From Eledone cirrhosa (lineage: Eukaryota), in the NCBI GenBank assembly GCA_964016885.1, contig OZ024741.1:88474001-88538000 (forward strand): a DNA stretch of 64,000 nucleotides. The letters are read 5' to 3'. Of the stretch, positions 33,801 to 47,360 are shown one piece after another. How positions within the stretch are numbered: position 1 is the stretch's first letter; each line of letters opens with the position of its first letter. The translations under genes and the position numbers were made by a program. Under the pieces are notes generated by a model. The model was not told where the DNA came from. It ran no database searches and saw nothing but the letters and a program-made list of their open reading frames with translations.

Positions 33801-36800
33801 TGTGTGTGACATGCAATGCTTCATGGCAGTAAGACAAGAGCAGTGAATGCAGAGGATATAGAAAGGCTGGAGAGAAAGGAAGCAAACTTGCTTTGATGGA
33901 TGTGCAATGTTAATATGTGTGAACAACAAAGCATGGATGAACTGAGAGATAAACTGAGTATAAGAGGAATAAGCAAGAAAGAAAACTGTGTTGGTATGGA
34001 CAAGTGATGTATATGGATAGTGATGACTGAGTGAAGAAGAGCCAAGGAGTGAGCTGATCTCAAATCATTGAAGCTTACAAAAGATGTCAAAGGAATGAAA
34101 CAAATGGAGGGATGCTGGGCAGAAAAAGACCTGACCAACCCATGCAAACATGGAAAAGTAGATGTAAAATGATGATGATGATATATTTAATGTCCATTTC
34201 TCCATGCTGGCATGGGTTATATATATAGAGAGAGAAATAGATACCTGGTGGGCTTCTTTACAGTTCCCATCTACCAAATTTACTCATAGCCTAGGCTATA
34301 ATAAAAGACACCTTTATTCCATACAGTAGGATGGAACCCAAAACCACATGGTTGTGATGTAAAATGTTTACAAAGGGTAAAAAGCAATCTCAGTGATTTT
34401 AGTAGTTATTATATTATTAGGATGATAGTGCTCAGAATTAGTAAAAAGTCAGCCAAAATACCTTGCAGTATTTATTTAGGTTTCCTTTTAAGTCTGGGTT
34501 TGTATCTCACCAAAATCAACTTTGCCTTTTATCAATAAGTATCAGCTAAGTACTGTATGTTTAGCTAGCCTCTTACAAGGTTGCATCTCATAGCAGGTTT
34601 CTTGGATGTTTTATTCATAGGGGCCCCAGTCATATCATGAAAAGCAATGTGAAATGAAGCATCTTGCTCAAAACAATAATATGCTGCCTGGTCCAGGAAT
34701 TAAGCCCATAACCTTATAATCATGAGTCCAACACCCTAACCACTAGGTCACATGCCAATTACTGAAGTTTCATGCACTCCCCAACTTTCCATTAGTGGTC
34801 TTGTGCCAGTATTAGAAACTATTATCGATTTAATTTTGTGTGTCGTTGATGTGAATTTCAGTTCATTCTGTTTTTTAGGACAGTTTTTGAAGAACCCACT
34901 TCCATACGAGGACGCTTTGGACTGACAGATACAAGGAATTGTGCTCATGGCTCAGGTATATCTTCTTTGCTTTTTAGGAACTTTTCTCTACCTTTATCTA
35001 ACTATTTGTATAACTTTGGAAAGCCTTGCTCTAATAACTTCATAGTTCTAAATTCAAACCCTGGTAGGTTTATATTGTCTTTAATCTCTTCAAAGATTAA
35101 TAAAATAAGTACCATATACTGTACTGGAATAGATTCAGTGCTGAGCGTTGTTTTCAAAGATAGGTGGTGAATGTGAACCAATGTGAAGACAATGAGAAAA
35201 TCTGTAAAGTAGTTAGTGATAGAAGGGTATCCAGCCATAGAAAACCTGCCAAACAAAAAGTAGGGAGGACTCTTCACTTGTGTTAAAAACATAACAACTT
35301 TCCTAATGCTGGTGTCACAATTAAATGTACTCAGTAAGTAATGTGTTGGGAAAATTCTATGAGATGTGGGCCCCCTTTTAACCCTTGCTAACAGGGAAAA
35401 CAGACGTTGAATGATGATGATGATAAACACTTTAAAACAGTTTCATAGCATAAAAGCAGAGGCAGTTTCAGTCAGTTTGACATCAAAAGGGTTAATGGAG
35501 GTCAATTATTCAGGGATTCACTGAACTTTAAGTCAGGCAGTAGATCAACAGAGTCATTAGAGTATTAAATTAATTGACCTGCCCTGCAAAGTTTGTTCTC
35601 TGATTCTCTGTGTTTAAATCCTCTGTAAGTAAACTTTGCCTTTCACCCTTTGATGGGCGAGCAGGTGTTGATAAATGAAGTACCTGTTCAGGACATAGAT
35701 TGGAGGAATTTTTAGAACATTGGATAGGATGACTTACAGTATCTATTCTGGGTCTGTGTGTTCTGAGTTCAAATCTTGCCTCCTGTTATTGGTAAAACTA
35801 GTGATATGTTAGGAATGGGGCCCCTATCATCAAAGCTGCCTATGAGATGCAACCACATTGTAGGCCAGCTGTGAGCCATAACAACTACAAATAAGATATT
35901 AAATACAGTAAGGTAATTATCATCATCACCATTACTATTTAATATCTATTTTCCATGTTTGCATAAGTTAGACAGGCTGTCATCTTATGAGGCTAGAAAA
36001 GGTCAGGTGACCATGTCTTGCTCATTATGATGTTTTTTGGCTTGGTTTTCTACAGTTGAATACCCTTCCTAATGCCAACCACATTACAATGTGTACTGGG
36101 AGCTTTTTTTGTGGCACCACCACCTTACAAGGTGGATGAGGTGCTTCTTTTTGTGACATCAGTACAACCACTTGACAGGGTTGACTGAGTCCATTTTGTT
36201 GTGGCACCAGTAGTTACACTGTACAGAGTGGACTGGGTGCTTTTTATCATGGCACCAGTACTGTGGGAGAGCAAACGATGTGTCATGAAGGTGGTCTTGA
36301 AGAGCGTGAACTGTATATTGCCAGGATATTGTAGAATGTGTCCAACTTCCTATGCATGTGTGGGTTTATTGGGAAATGTGTATCAAGCATGTGTATGCAA
36401 CAGGAAGTAGGAGGCAGGGCACATCAGTAATATAATTTTACTAAAAGATGACTAATCTATGCGTTCACACTTATGAAAGTCTCTCTCTATATATATATAA
36501 TGTGATACATACTGTGTGTATCTAATTTAGAATAGGTACACAATATCCTTGCATGTCGTAAGAAGTGACAAAAGGTTTTTGCAGCAGGAAGGGCATCTGA
36601 CTAAAAGATATTGCCTCAAAAAGGACCCACAATGAATATGGAGTCAATAAGGGTAGCTTCTGGTTTAGTAGGGAAATGGACTTTTATTACTAAACAACGA
36701 ACAACAGAGGAGACGTATCGCTCCTATCCAACAGATAGCCCCCAGATTTTGATGGAATTTAATAAAATAATTAATAACTAGCATTTTCATTATCAAACTA

Positions 36801-37473
36801 ATGCTTAAAACATAACTGGTAGTAAATCTCTTACATAAAATGATGTTGGAAGAAAAGTCAGGAGGACTCTTTAGTTGTGTCATAGACATGACAACCTCCC
36901 TAGTGGTGACTTACATGATAAACAATTACCCAGTTTACTCTGTAAAGTGGTTGGTGATAGGAAAAACTGCCAATCAAATGATCAGGAAGACTCTTCAGTT
37001 TTTTCAAAGACATAACTTCCCTAGTGTTAGTGCCATGATAACATGCACTTGATAGAGGGTGGGATTATAAGCTGGGCTTCCGGGGCCCACCAGAAGGTTA
37101 GAAGCTTTGCTGTGTACTGACCAGTCTGTAGTGGCTAACCCTTGCTAGCAGAGAAAATGATGATGATGAGCACTTTAAAATAGCAGCTATCTATCATAGA
37201 ACAAAGGGCAGCCACAGGTAAGTTGTTATCAAAAGGGTTAAAATGCCTATTGGTGTATATTTCTGTGATGCCTATATCATTTCAAAAGTTAAAGAATTGT
37301 TTTTGTTTTATTTCTCTTTCTCAGATTCCGAAGAAACAGCAAGTAAGGAAATCCAGTTCTTCTTCCCGGAAATTGATATTAACAAATTTCGGGAAGAGAT
37401 CAGAAAGTTTTTAGAAGAAAAGGGTACGATGCTTTTTAATGAGAAATCGTGTGAACATGAATGCCATGTTTAA
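27791..37473 (+). CDS. NME6: Nucleoside diphosphate kinase 6, join(27791-27871,30641-30743,31692-31731,33193-33276,34879-34955,37325-37473), 177 aa
   Basis: Spliced translation MHVVANKLQLTLAILKPDCMACPHIISEIRKIMLENEFWLVRTKVVKLSREEAEQFYDIHREKFFYNRLVTFMCSGPIGVHVLARDDAINVWRKLLGPTKVLRTVFEEPTSIRGRFGLTDTRNCAHGSDSEETASKEIQFFFPEID..CHV*; NME6-type LQLTLAxxKPD and FGLTDTRNxxHGSD motifs; GT-AG introns in phase. Confidence 0.95.
29960..30125 (+). mobile_element. CRE-like non-LTR retrotransposon 3' relic
   Basis: YETIGGAGPLTTKLLASLAVRLTEISG..SAWLFQGLSLII matches the CRE C-terminus ETxGxxGP..FLFQRLS. Confidence 0.55.
30191..30367 (+). mobile_element. tRNA-derived SINE with a duplicated 3' segment (also at 30137-30186)
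   Basis: A and B boxes plus the conserved body. Confidence 0.8.
30641..30743 (+). CDS. NME6: NME6 coding exon 2
   Basis: EIRKIMLENEFWLVRTKVVKLSREEAEQFYDIHR; TTGCAG acceptor; GTTAGT donor. Confidence 0.92.
30812..30916. repeat. 105-bp near-perfect palindrome in NME6 intron 2
   Basis: 52-bp arms around position 30864 with only two mismatches, both G-U compatible on the sense strand. Confidence 0.92.
31020..31240 (-). mobile_element. CR1-type ORF1 esterase-like relic
   Basis: ..IHRVGDSQIKY..DRKRRTR..KIDDV resembles the GDS (SGNH) motif of CR1/L2 ORF1. Confidence 0.4.
31692..31731 (+). CDS. NME6: NME6 coding exon 3
   Basis: (E)KFFYNRLVTFMC(S); TTTCAG acceptor; GTAAG donor. Confidence 0.92.
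32359..32843. mobile_element. hAT (Charlie-like) MITE with an exact 8-bp TSD and an internal 34-bp tandem repeat
   Basis: TIRs cagtggttc / gaatcactg; TSD cactaaac at 32351-32358 and 32844-32851; 34-bp unit x~3.3 at 32460-32570. Confidence 0.85.
33193..33276 (+). CDS. NME6: NME6 coding exon 4
   Basis: (S)GPIGVHVLARDDAINVWRKLLGPTKVL(R). Confidence 0.92.
33600..34180 (+). mobile_element. Degenerate RTE LINE 3' fragment
   Basis: IRTGWKK..ELLPLLTKEGFSLRMKG..MLHGS remnants and a (GAT)n tail. Confidence 0.8.
34879..34955 (+). CDS. NME6: NME6 coding exon 5 (catalytic His)
   Basis: TVFEEPTSIRGRFGLTDTRNCAHGS. Confidence 0.94.
37325..37473 (+). CDS. NME6: NME6 terminal coding exon
   Basis: (D)SEETASKEIQFFFPEIDINKF..HECHV*; polypyrimidine tract with CAG acceptor. 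Confidence 0.92.
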
Positions 37474-38281
37474 TTTGATTCAATATATATTGTATAAATC
37501 TCATTTTTTAAAACCTTTCTAACTCCCAAGTTCTAGAACAACTAGTTTAGTTAAAATCCCTCTTTGATAGTTTGGTATAAAAATGCCATATTTAATTTGG
37601 TTCAATATATTTTGATGAATCTTTTTTTTTTTTTTTACCCCTTCTAACTCTTAATCTTCTAGAACAGTGGTTTCTCGAATAGTTTAGCCTAAACCCCTCT
37701 TTGGTAGGATGGTATCAAAAGGGTTAACCCTTTCACTGCCATCGAAACTCATCCAAAACTGCCTCTGCTTCTAAGGAACAAATCCACCCATTTTAAATGG
37801 TTCTGATTTAAATTTAAATCTTCCAACATAATTTTATATTAATAATTGAAATAATTTTAGTAAATCCCTCCAATTTCTTCAGTAATTAATTCAAATACAT
37901 TGTATATTTTTCGAAGTGTTCCTTGTCTCTTTTATTCCCCTCTATTAAACAGAAAAGTAGACTGCACGGCACTGTGGGAGATAATACTCTCTCTTACTTT
38001 TTTACTGGTTCCAGACAATTGCCTGTGGCCATGCTGTAGCATCATAAAATTCAATTTCACAATTAATTCATAAATTCATGCAGAAATCTTTAGTGGGTCA
38101 TATGACAATAGAAATACACAAAACATGCCACTATGTAATATCTCTTGTTTAACAGCAGATACATCGAAAATTCATCAATTTCTGAAATTTTCCTGGTATG
38201 GTAATTTTCTTATTTATCACTGACTTATTTCTAAAGAATGGTATTACTTTTGGGAGTGTGGGCTGCTTCTTATACATTAAC

Positions 38282-38750
38282 TTTTAACATCCTGCACCAC
38301 ATGAAACCACATTAGCAAGATATTTTTGAAAAGTACAAAACCTCACTATGACTGCATCACATTAACAATTAAAGTCTTTACTTTAATACTGCCAAATTTC
38401 ACAATCTTTCCACTAGTAAAGGTACTATAAACATTTGAATTAACAAACCATGTGAAATTGCATTAGTACAAAACAGCACTCTGGCTATATCACATTAAAA
38501 ATTAAAGTCTTTACTTTCATTTACTCCAAATTTTCACAACAATCTGTGCACTAGTAAAGATACTATAATCATTTCAATTACCAAGCCTGTTTATAGATAT
38601 TTTATGTTAAATCATTACAAGAAGGTATGAATTAATACTGCTTATTTTCACAATGGTCTGACCACTAGTAAAGACACTATAATCATTTGAATTAACAAAT
38701 TCGGTATTAGATGTTTTCTACTAAATTATTGCAGGATATTAAGATTTAAG
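38282..38750 (+). repeat. Dispersed AT-rich repeat with internal tandem units; other copies near 45155-45360, 52335-52505 and 59100-59270 (-)
   Basis: Recurrent ttcacaat..cactagtaaag..ctataa.catttgaattaacaaa unit. Confidence 0.65.
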
Positions 38751-40195
38751 TGTACTGTGTTGTTTTATTGAAGTCTATCTCAAACCTAGAGGTTCATGAA
38801 GTTGAAGTTTATTGAAATTGCATGAGACATAAAGCAACTAAGAGTAGAAGACTCTCTTTTAGCTGATTAAGCTATGTAAAATGAAGTACCTTGCTCAAGG
38901 ACACAATGAACTCTTTGGTATAGAGATTGAACCCACAACCTTATAATTGTAACTGTACTGTTACCTCAACATAATCCAGTACCTTTTGTCATAATGAAAT
39001 ACATTACTCATGATCCCATCTTTATGGGGCAGTGTGTACTGCTTTTGAAATCACTTTTCTAGACTACCTCATCTCACAAAACTTTGGAATCTTCTTTGTT
39101 AAAATGTTGCACATTTTTAACAGCCAACAGGATTATAGGTTCAGTAGATTTCACCTTCTTTTCATTCTGAGAATCCTGATAATAGAAATAATAATATTAG
39201 TTTCAATTTTGGAAAATACTCAATGATATTTACCATTAAGTTTTCATCATTGATATAGTCATATCATTATTATTTTATATTTAGTAGTGTTTGTTGAAGA
39301 ATTTTGAAGAATACTTTGAAAAGTGTTTCTCTAGTAAACTTTAATTGGGCAAATTGAAATCTCCTGCAAATGGAAGACTAAAGACTAGTGGGTTTTGAAT
39401 TTATCAAAATATACTCAATAGATGTAAACATTATCTTATCCAAATTGTCATTTTTAATTATATGTGTGTATGTGTGTATTTATTTCATATGGAAACAAAT
39501 GAAACAGTTCTAGTCCTGTAGTACTCATTTTTATATGAGGTAAATATGTAACTTCTCTACTAATGTATTGGGTACTTTATTTAACTGTGGTTCTCTTCTG
39601 TTCCTCTTCAGAAAACCATTCTTAATTATATGTATGTGTGTGTGTTTTCTATTTATGTTATTTAATAGAGTATTTATTAATCCAAGAAAGAATGACATTG
39701 TTCATAGCCTTCCAAAACTGAGATGTTTTTTGTCACATGACAGATGATGTTTAGTAGATGCCTGGTACAATTTCTGCTATTTGATTAAACTTAACTGATA
39801 TCATCAGAAAGTTATGTTGTTGTTTGAAAGAGAGGAAATATTTGATTTATTTAGTACTATTCACTTCAGTATGAAAATCCTGTGGTAATTTTTATATATC
39901 TATTTTGCCACTTATGATTTGTATTACAGTATTACTTGTAACTATTTACATATTATGTAGTACAAAGCAAAGTTTAGTTAAAGGAAATTTCCAAACTACT
40001 CAAATCTTTGAAGAAGGTGCATGACCCAGTATTCAATTGATAATCCCTGAGTCTGAGAAGCATTTGTAATAGCTATTTTTAGTATTTTATAAGTATTTTA
40101 AGTTGAGAAGTACATCTGTTGATGATATACCATTCTACTTTCCTATGACATGTATCTTATCATTACATCTAGAAATTCTGGTGTATCTGGTTTGG

Positions 40196-40340
40196 AATAG
40201 GTACACCAAATCCCTGCATGTCATAAGAAGTTTCTAAAAGGGTTAGTGTCAGGAAGGGCATCTGGCTGTAAAACATTGCCTCAAACAGTTCTGTCCAACC
40301 AATGCCAGCATGGAAAAGTCAATGTAAAAATGATGATGAT
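40196..40340 (+). mobile_element. Short bipartite RTE-derived retroposon (related copies at 36531 and 44020)
   Basis: gaataggtacac..cctgcatgtc(g/a)taagaag..aaaagg head fused directly to the RTE 3' tail (aggaagggcatc..gcatggaaaa..gatgatgat). Confidence 0.55.
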
Positions 40341-41540
40341 GTTGTTTCATTTTAAAGATATGTACATCAAATTGAATGTGAGATGGTTTTAATCAATTTT
40401 ATTTATGACTAATTCGATTCCTATTTAATAATCTGGCTCTTATTTTTCATTATTTTGTAAGAGGAAGGGCAATACCCATAACCCTTTTTGTGGTCAGTGA
40501 GACTGGCAAGAGGAAAGGAGTGAGAAAAGTATCATCAAACTGGAAATCAGGATTAAATTTTTGTTACATCATAAATTCCACTAAAGACACCCATGGGCCA
40601 AATGGTGATGTTAAGCCAGGCAATGAATTAAGTCTACCAACCATGTAAATAAGTAACCATCTACATACAGCAAAAATGCATGTCTTGTTTATATATAACC
40701 AATGTTATTTATCCTGTTATTCAGTGGATTGATAGAAATAGAAGAACATCATACAAAATATCATCATTTTAAGTTCACTTTTCCATGCTGCATGTGTTGG
40801 ATGGGTTTTTACCAGTACAGCATCCCTTCACTTATTGGGGTCTTCCATCAACTCATTTGTGAGCTTCAGCAATTTGAGATTAGCTCTCACAACCTCTGCC
40901 GAAGTCTTTCTTGGTCTTCCTCTTTTGCCATTTCCTTCCACTGGGATTTTTTAACTCTTCTTCACCCAATGATTATCATCAATATGCATCAGTTATGCCT
41001 GTTTACATGCTTAGCTCAAATCCTACCAGAAAGAAATTTGCCTTTTATCCTTCTGGGATTGATCTATTTAATCATGCCACTCTCTCAAATATGAGATCTT
41101 TATGTGTTAAAATAGAGAGCCTCTATGTGGCCATTGGACTAGCTAGAAATAATTCCCACAACTCACATCCTACTGTCTTAGGATAATGTGGTCTTGGTTG
41201 CACTGTGCTCGATAAAAATATGAGATGGTTATAGTAGAATTGCTTTTGATAATAGAGCCAACATGGAGTTAAGCAACAACAACAACATTTATTAATATCA
41301 TTGCCATCAGTCAAATTCACCAACATTTCATGGTGAAATAAATATTTGTTTAATTAGCTTTCAATAGCAGTCGTAATTGTTAATCATTATGTGAGTTATG
41401 ACTTATTTTGAGGTGATCATAATAAATACTACACTGTTGACACAACCCCTCACTGCTGTAACAGGCAGTTATCACCAATAGCTACTTATCAGATATAGTT
41501 ATTTATGACTTTCAATGGTTTTTAAGTTTTCCCTAAACAA

Positions 41541-41606
<66 letters not shown>
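41541..41606. repeat. (TG)n(TA)n microsatellite
   Basis: Read directly from the sequence. Confidence 0.95.
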
Positions 41607-41609
<3 letters not shown>

Positions 41610-44600
41610 AGGCATGACTTCACAGCTACATGATTTCAAATTGATATCAATAATTTTAAGTTTTTCCTAATCAATGAACATCTATATATGGGTGCAGACA
41701 TGGTTGTTTGGTTAAGGAGTTCACTTCACATCCACATAGTTTCAGGATCACTCATACTGCATGGCACCTCGAACAAGTGTCTTCTATTATTACATTGAGT
41801 TGACCAATGTCTTGTGAGTGAAATTAGGTAGACAGAGATTGTAGAAGTTTATTGTGTGTGTGTATGTGTGTTAAAAAAATAGTGCCAAACTTTGGCTGAA
41901 GCTCCTTGCATAAAGAATTTTATATAATATTTAGTTTAGAGCCCAGAGAGAAAAATATAGTATAGGTAATTAGAAGTAAAGACATCAAGTAAACAATTGG
42001 TTTGTTAGAAAGTAAGTTTGTTAAAGCAGAGTATATTGTTGCAGAAGTAGTAAATCACGCAGAGTGGAGACATTGCATGACTGGACCAAATATTCTAGAA
42101 TATCTAAATTTTTAAAACCATCCAACCTATATGTACAGAAAATGGAATAGAAAATTGTTAAAACCAATTTTATTTTAAAAATAGTGTTTTATAAGAAAGC
42201 TACAGCAATACAAAGGAGACATTAAATGTTAAACATAATAACAATGATGTTGGAATGTTATCTTGGAGTTTAATAGTTATTACATTTTGGGATAAAATCC
42301 TTTCATCAAAAGAATTGAAGAAACGAATTCAGAGTAAGATATCTTGTGTTATTCTTATGCTGCCATTTTTAACAATCTCGTGGCAATATAATTCTTACCT
42401 ATATGTCATCATTGCATGACAGCAAACAAAAATATGTCACTAAAACAAATAGTTTCCTTTTGTGCAAGGCCTAGAATACAAATGATGTAGAGAAATATTT
42501 GATTTGGTGAGGAACACATTGTTGAAATGTGAATTAGATGGAGCAAAGCCAGACAGAAAGAAGGAAAAATAAAAACAACTAAAGGTATTTTTGAGTTGTT
42601 GAACATCCAGAATGGAATGTCTTTGAATGCTAATGGTCAAAGGAATTGTGCCATCTCAAACAGAAAAATGATATGCAATAATGAGTTGTATGTGAGCCTT
42701 GAAGAGTCCAATGTACAGCTCATTATGTTCAAGGTTAAAATACTTCTGAAACTTGAATGTAAATCTAAGACAATAAATAAAGTGTGCTTTTCTTGTACAA
42801 CTTATGGGATAAGCCATTGTTGACAATTACAGTACGCATCAATATTGGTTGTAACCAGACAAGGCAGTCTTTTGTCTTTCTGATTTCAACATGTTTATCC
42901 AATACTGGAGATAATCTACAATGAGCAATGTTGATCACTCTGGTATATTGATTTTCACCATTGAAAAGGTGAGCAGTGTTTATACTTCTCACACAGGGCA
43001 ATGATGAAAACAGCATTGTATTATGTATATGTATATATATATATATACACACATACATATACATATATATATCATATTCATGCAGCATGGAAAAATGATG
43101 ATAATGGTGATGCTGATATATATATATACATATGTGTGTGTGTTGCCGTTATCCATTGATGTCCAGCTTGGCAGATGATGATATGTATCATCTCTTTGAC
43201 ATTAAGCCATAAGCAGTTTAGTGTAGATCTACTCTGAGTTACTCCAGATATCATAATCCTGATAACCTTCTCTTGGTATTACTAATGTGATCTAAGGAAA
43301 TGTGGGAAGGGTAGTGTAATGTAGTTGGCTCAGATTAAAATGCTACCAGAAGACATTACCATGGAGTGGAACCTTCAGACTATCTTAGGATATTCCATTC
43401 CATTCATTGTTTCATTTGTAAAATACTTCAATCAATAGTTACTTATCAAGTATGGTGTCTCATTAACTTGTCAACAATAAAATTTATATGATGCTATATT
43501 TGGTAAACATGGAGTTTTCAGTGAATCAATAATAGTTGCAGTTTCTTACTAGCAGCTGTTCTCTGTAAGTTAGATTCAAGCAAGTCAGCTAACAAAGATG
43601 TGGCATGTCATAGCTTAGGGCAGCAGTCTCAAACTCAAGGACTCAAAAGGGTCATTATGTCCTGAGGAAGAAGCACAGTGGGCCAAAAGTGAGACTAGGG
43701 CAAAAATAAAATAAATAGCAGCTGATAGGCAGTGTGACTGAACAATGAGTTGCCTACAAGCTTTGATTCTTATGGATCTGAAAACAAAAAAGTTTATATA
43801 AATTGTTTTTGATTTGTAAACTGCCACTTTTATCTGTATATATGTATATATTTCAAAATATACTCCACAAACGTTTTTTTTTGTACTTGTGAGCAGATCA
43901 AATACCTCAAAAACTTATTTTTATACAAATTTACATCATGGTTTTTGTTTTTATCTTCTATGAGTTGAATGAATGTCTTTGTAAATTAATATACATATAT
44001 ATATACCAGTATTTATTTAGAATAGGTATACTGTATCCATGCACGTTATAAGAACTAACTAAAAGGGGTGATGTCCTGCTGTAGAACACTGCCTCAAAAA
44101 GTCCCATCCAACCCATACCAGCAGGGTTTATGGGTTTATACATACAATAAAAACATTGATTGGCAGTGAACCTTATACCACACATGTGACAATGATGTAT
44201 GTATTTATATTAGTTATTTTTGAAAAGTTAGGCTTCATAATTAATTGCACCTAGTTGAAATAAATGCCTCCGGAACTGTGTTGATTGAGATCCTACTTCA
44301 GTTGTTCACCTTCATGAAACTAATGGATAATGTAGTAATGTGTGAATGTGGGGTCTCACAACTATGATGCTAAATCTGGTTATTTTAACTTACAGTTGAC
44401 CCTTGTGTGATTCTAAATCTAATTAAAACACTCATAAAATGTTTAAAATAGTCATTACAAGTGCTTCTCAGACTCAGAAAATACCAAACACTGGGTTATA
44501 GTAGCTGTATCACTAAAATTCCTTTAAAATGAACCCTATGCTAAATGGATGAATGAAAATATAAGATCAAGTTTTCAAATCCTGACCTAGTAGTAGAGTA

Positions 44601-47360
44601 GTTTTTTTCTTCTCCTCCACCACCCTGCAACAATCTCTGACATCATGTTGAGTTTAGATTTAATCTAATCTGTTGCCTGGTTTATCACCACCATCTGCCC
44701 CTTTACTGATTGTTTTTTTTTTTTTATTATGTAGTAAGGGAGAAGAGAACAGCAGCCATCATCTTCTAGTTATAGTGGGAGAAAAAGATGATGGTTGGCT
44801 AACCATTAGGGCATCTGACAAAACGCTTTGTGGCATTTGTTCCAGCTCTTTACATTCTGAGTTCAATATTAAGCTGGCCTTGTGCCTAAATTAGAAAGCA
44901 TTTATCGCTGGAGCATAAGAGGAAGTAGTTCTCAAATCAGAGACATGACACAAATACTTGTAACAGTGAACCTCACTGAAGTCATCCAAAGAGAATAGAA
45001 TATAGTAGAGTACATTCTGCTTTAAGAATTTGGGCCAAGTCTTGGTCTGGAGGTGACTTCCATCCTTACTACCACCAATTTCAGAGGCCTTGAGAAGAGT
45101 TTTCAGTGTTGCCTTCCTTCTTTGACAAATTCACATAAAAAAGAAACATTTTAACATTTAACATCCTGTATCACATGAAACTACATTTTCAAGATATTCT
45201 TGAAAAGTATAAAGCAACACTATTAAAATTTAAAGTCTTTATTCTAATACTGTAAATTTTCACAATGATCAGCCCACTAGTAAAGTTACTATAAACATTT
45301 GAATTAACAAAGCTGATTTCAAATATTTCTCCTTATTTATCTCAGGATGTTAAGAGTTTAAAACTCCTGAAAGAGCTCTAGCCCCAATGTTTGTCTGACT
45401 TATTAAACTATTAACTGTTTGGACTCACTGTAGCAATAATTAATTGTTAACTATTCACAGTGATCAGTTTCCACAACAAACTAAGTTATAAACTGTTATT
45501 TTATATGTATTTTTTACTGTGAATCATATTTGGAGCGTTTTTTCTTTTTTCTTCTGAATAGCAGTGATGGTTATTGAGGTCAGTATTAAAGTTATCTCTG
45601 TCTTTTGTAATATTTAACATTAAATGGAGACATGGCTGTGTAATTAAGAAATTTGCTTTACAATCATGGCTCCAGGTTCAATCCCAGTGTGTGATATATT
45701 GTGTAAATATCTTCTACTAGGCAGTCGATTTGGCAGAATTGTTTGAGCATTGGATATTTGTTCTGGCTTTTTGCATCTTGCGTTCAAATCCAGCCAAATT
45801 CTACTTTGTCTCCTCTTTTCGGGGCCAGTAAAGAAAGTGCCACCCTGTAAAATGGTAGTGCAGGTGCCATGATGAAAAGCACCCAGTCCACCCTGTAAGG
45901 TGGTAGTGTTGATGCCACGATAAAATGCAATCAGTACATGCTGTAATGTGGTTGGTGTTAGGAAGAACACTCAGCCATAGAAACCATGTCAAAAATGGAA
46001 CATGAGCAAGATGTGGTCATTTGACCAGTCTAATCTCAAAACATGACAATCCGTCTAACCCATGCAAGCATGGAAAATAGACATTAAACATTAATAATGA
46101 TAATGAAGTAGATAAAGAAATCTGGAGAGGATGTTAGTATGCTGCAAAATAACATACTAGGGGTGGGTGGGGTTATTTTTCTGCTAGAAAAATTTGGAAA
46201 TAAAATAAAATATGTCACCCAAGAATATGCTATAATGTTGCATAGTATAAATGATCTCTGTTTGTGACAAACTTTTCTACTAATGATCTCTTATGTATGA
46301 AACACAATGAAGTAGCAACTTTATTCATGTGTGTAGTTTTAATAATAAAACATTTCAAGACACTATTATTTGTTGTGTAATTTATGTGATTGGCAGAGCC
46401 GTTGGGACATGCTTTGTGGTATTTGTTCTGGATCTCTGTCCTCTGAGTTCAACTTTGCCTTTCATCCTTTCGAGGTTGATTAATAAAGTACCAGTTCAGT
46501 ACTAGGGTTGATTCTTTCTCACTTCCTCTCTATCACCCTTATTCATTCTTTGGAAGAAATTGGCTGTGTTCAGATCTGGAGGAGATGGGCTCTTCCAAGT
46601 TTAAATTCCTGTATGTTACTATGGTGCCCCCTGCAACTCCATCTGGAGTTTCGAGTGAAAGAGAAGGGAGAGAATTTATATAAGCAACAAATTTCACATT
46701 TTATTGTTTTCCTTCAACTGATTCACTCAAATAATACAGGATTTTACTCTTACTGCTATACAAATTTGCTCCCTTGGTGAAATTATTAGTATTTCAAGAA
46801 ACACCTTATGGTATGTATCCCAGTATTTTGTGTTCTGAGTTCAAATTCTGTCTTGTATTTAAATCAGGACTAATCACTCAACCACAACTTACCCCTCACT
46901 CTAAGAGAAAAGCACCTAGTGCCCATACACCATGAACAGAGGTATTAGCTTTCTAAACATCCTTCAGCTTCCACACTATCAGAACCCTCTCCCCCATCAA
47001 CAAAGGAGCTTCCCAGGCAATCTATTTGCAAAGTCTATATTCTCTATCAACCTGCCTATAATTTCACTGTATCTCCTGTGTATTCATCAATTAAACTGTA
47101 TGTACCTTATGAAACTTCTGTCCACCCCTCTTTGACATAAGGGGAATAATTCAAATAAGGCTAATGGCATGAATTTGAATAAATGAGTTAAAGATATACT
47201 GAATGACATACACAAAATGAAAATCTGAAAGATTTTCCTTTGGAGAATAACAACAAAAAAATAACAGTATTTGTTAGCAGCTTTCAGGGAAAGGAGGAAA
47301 ATAATTTCAAAAAATTAAGAATTACTGTTTATACTTGAATATAAGCTAACCTGCTATTTT

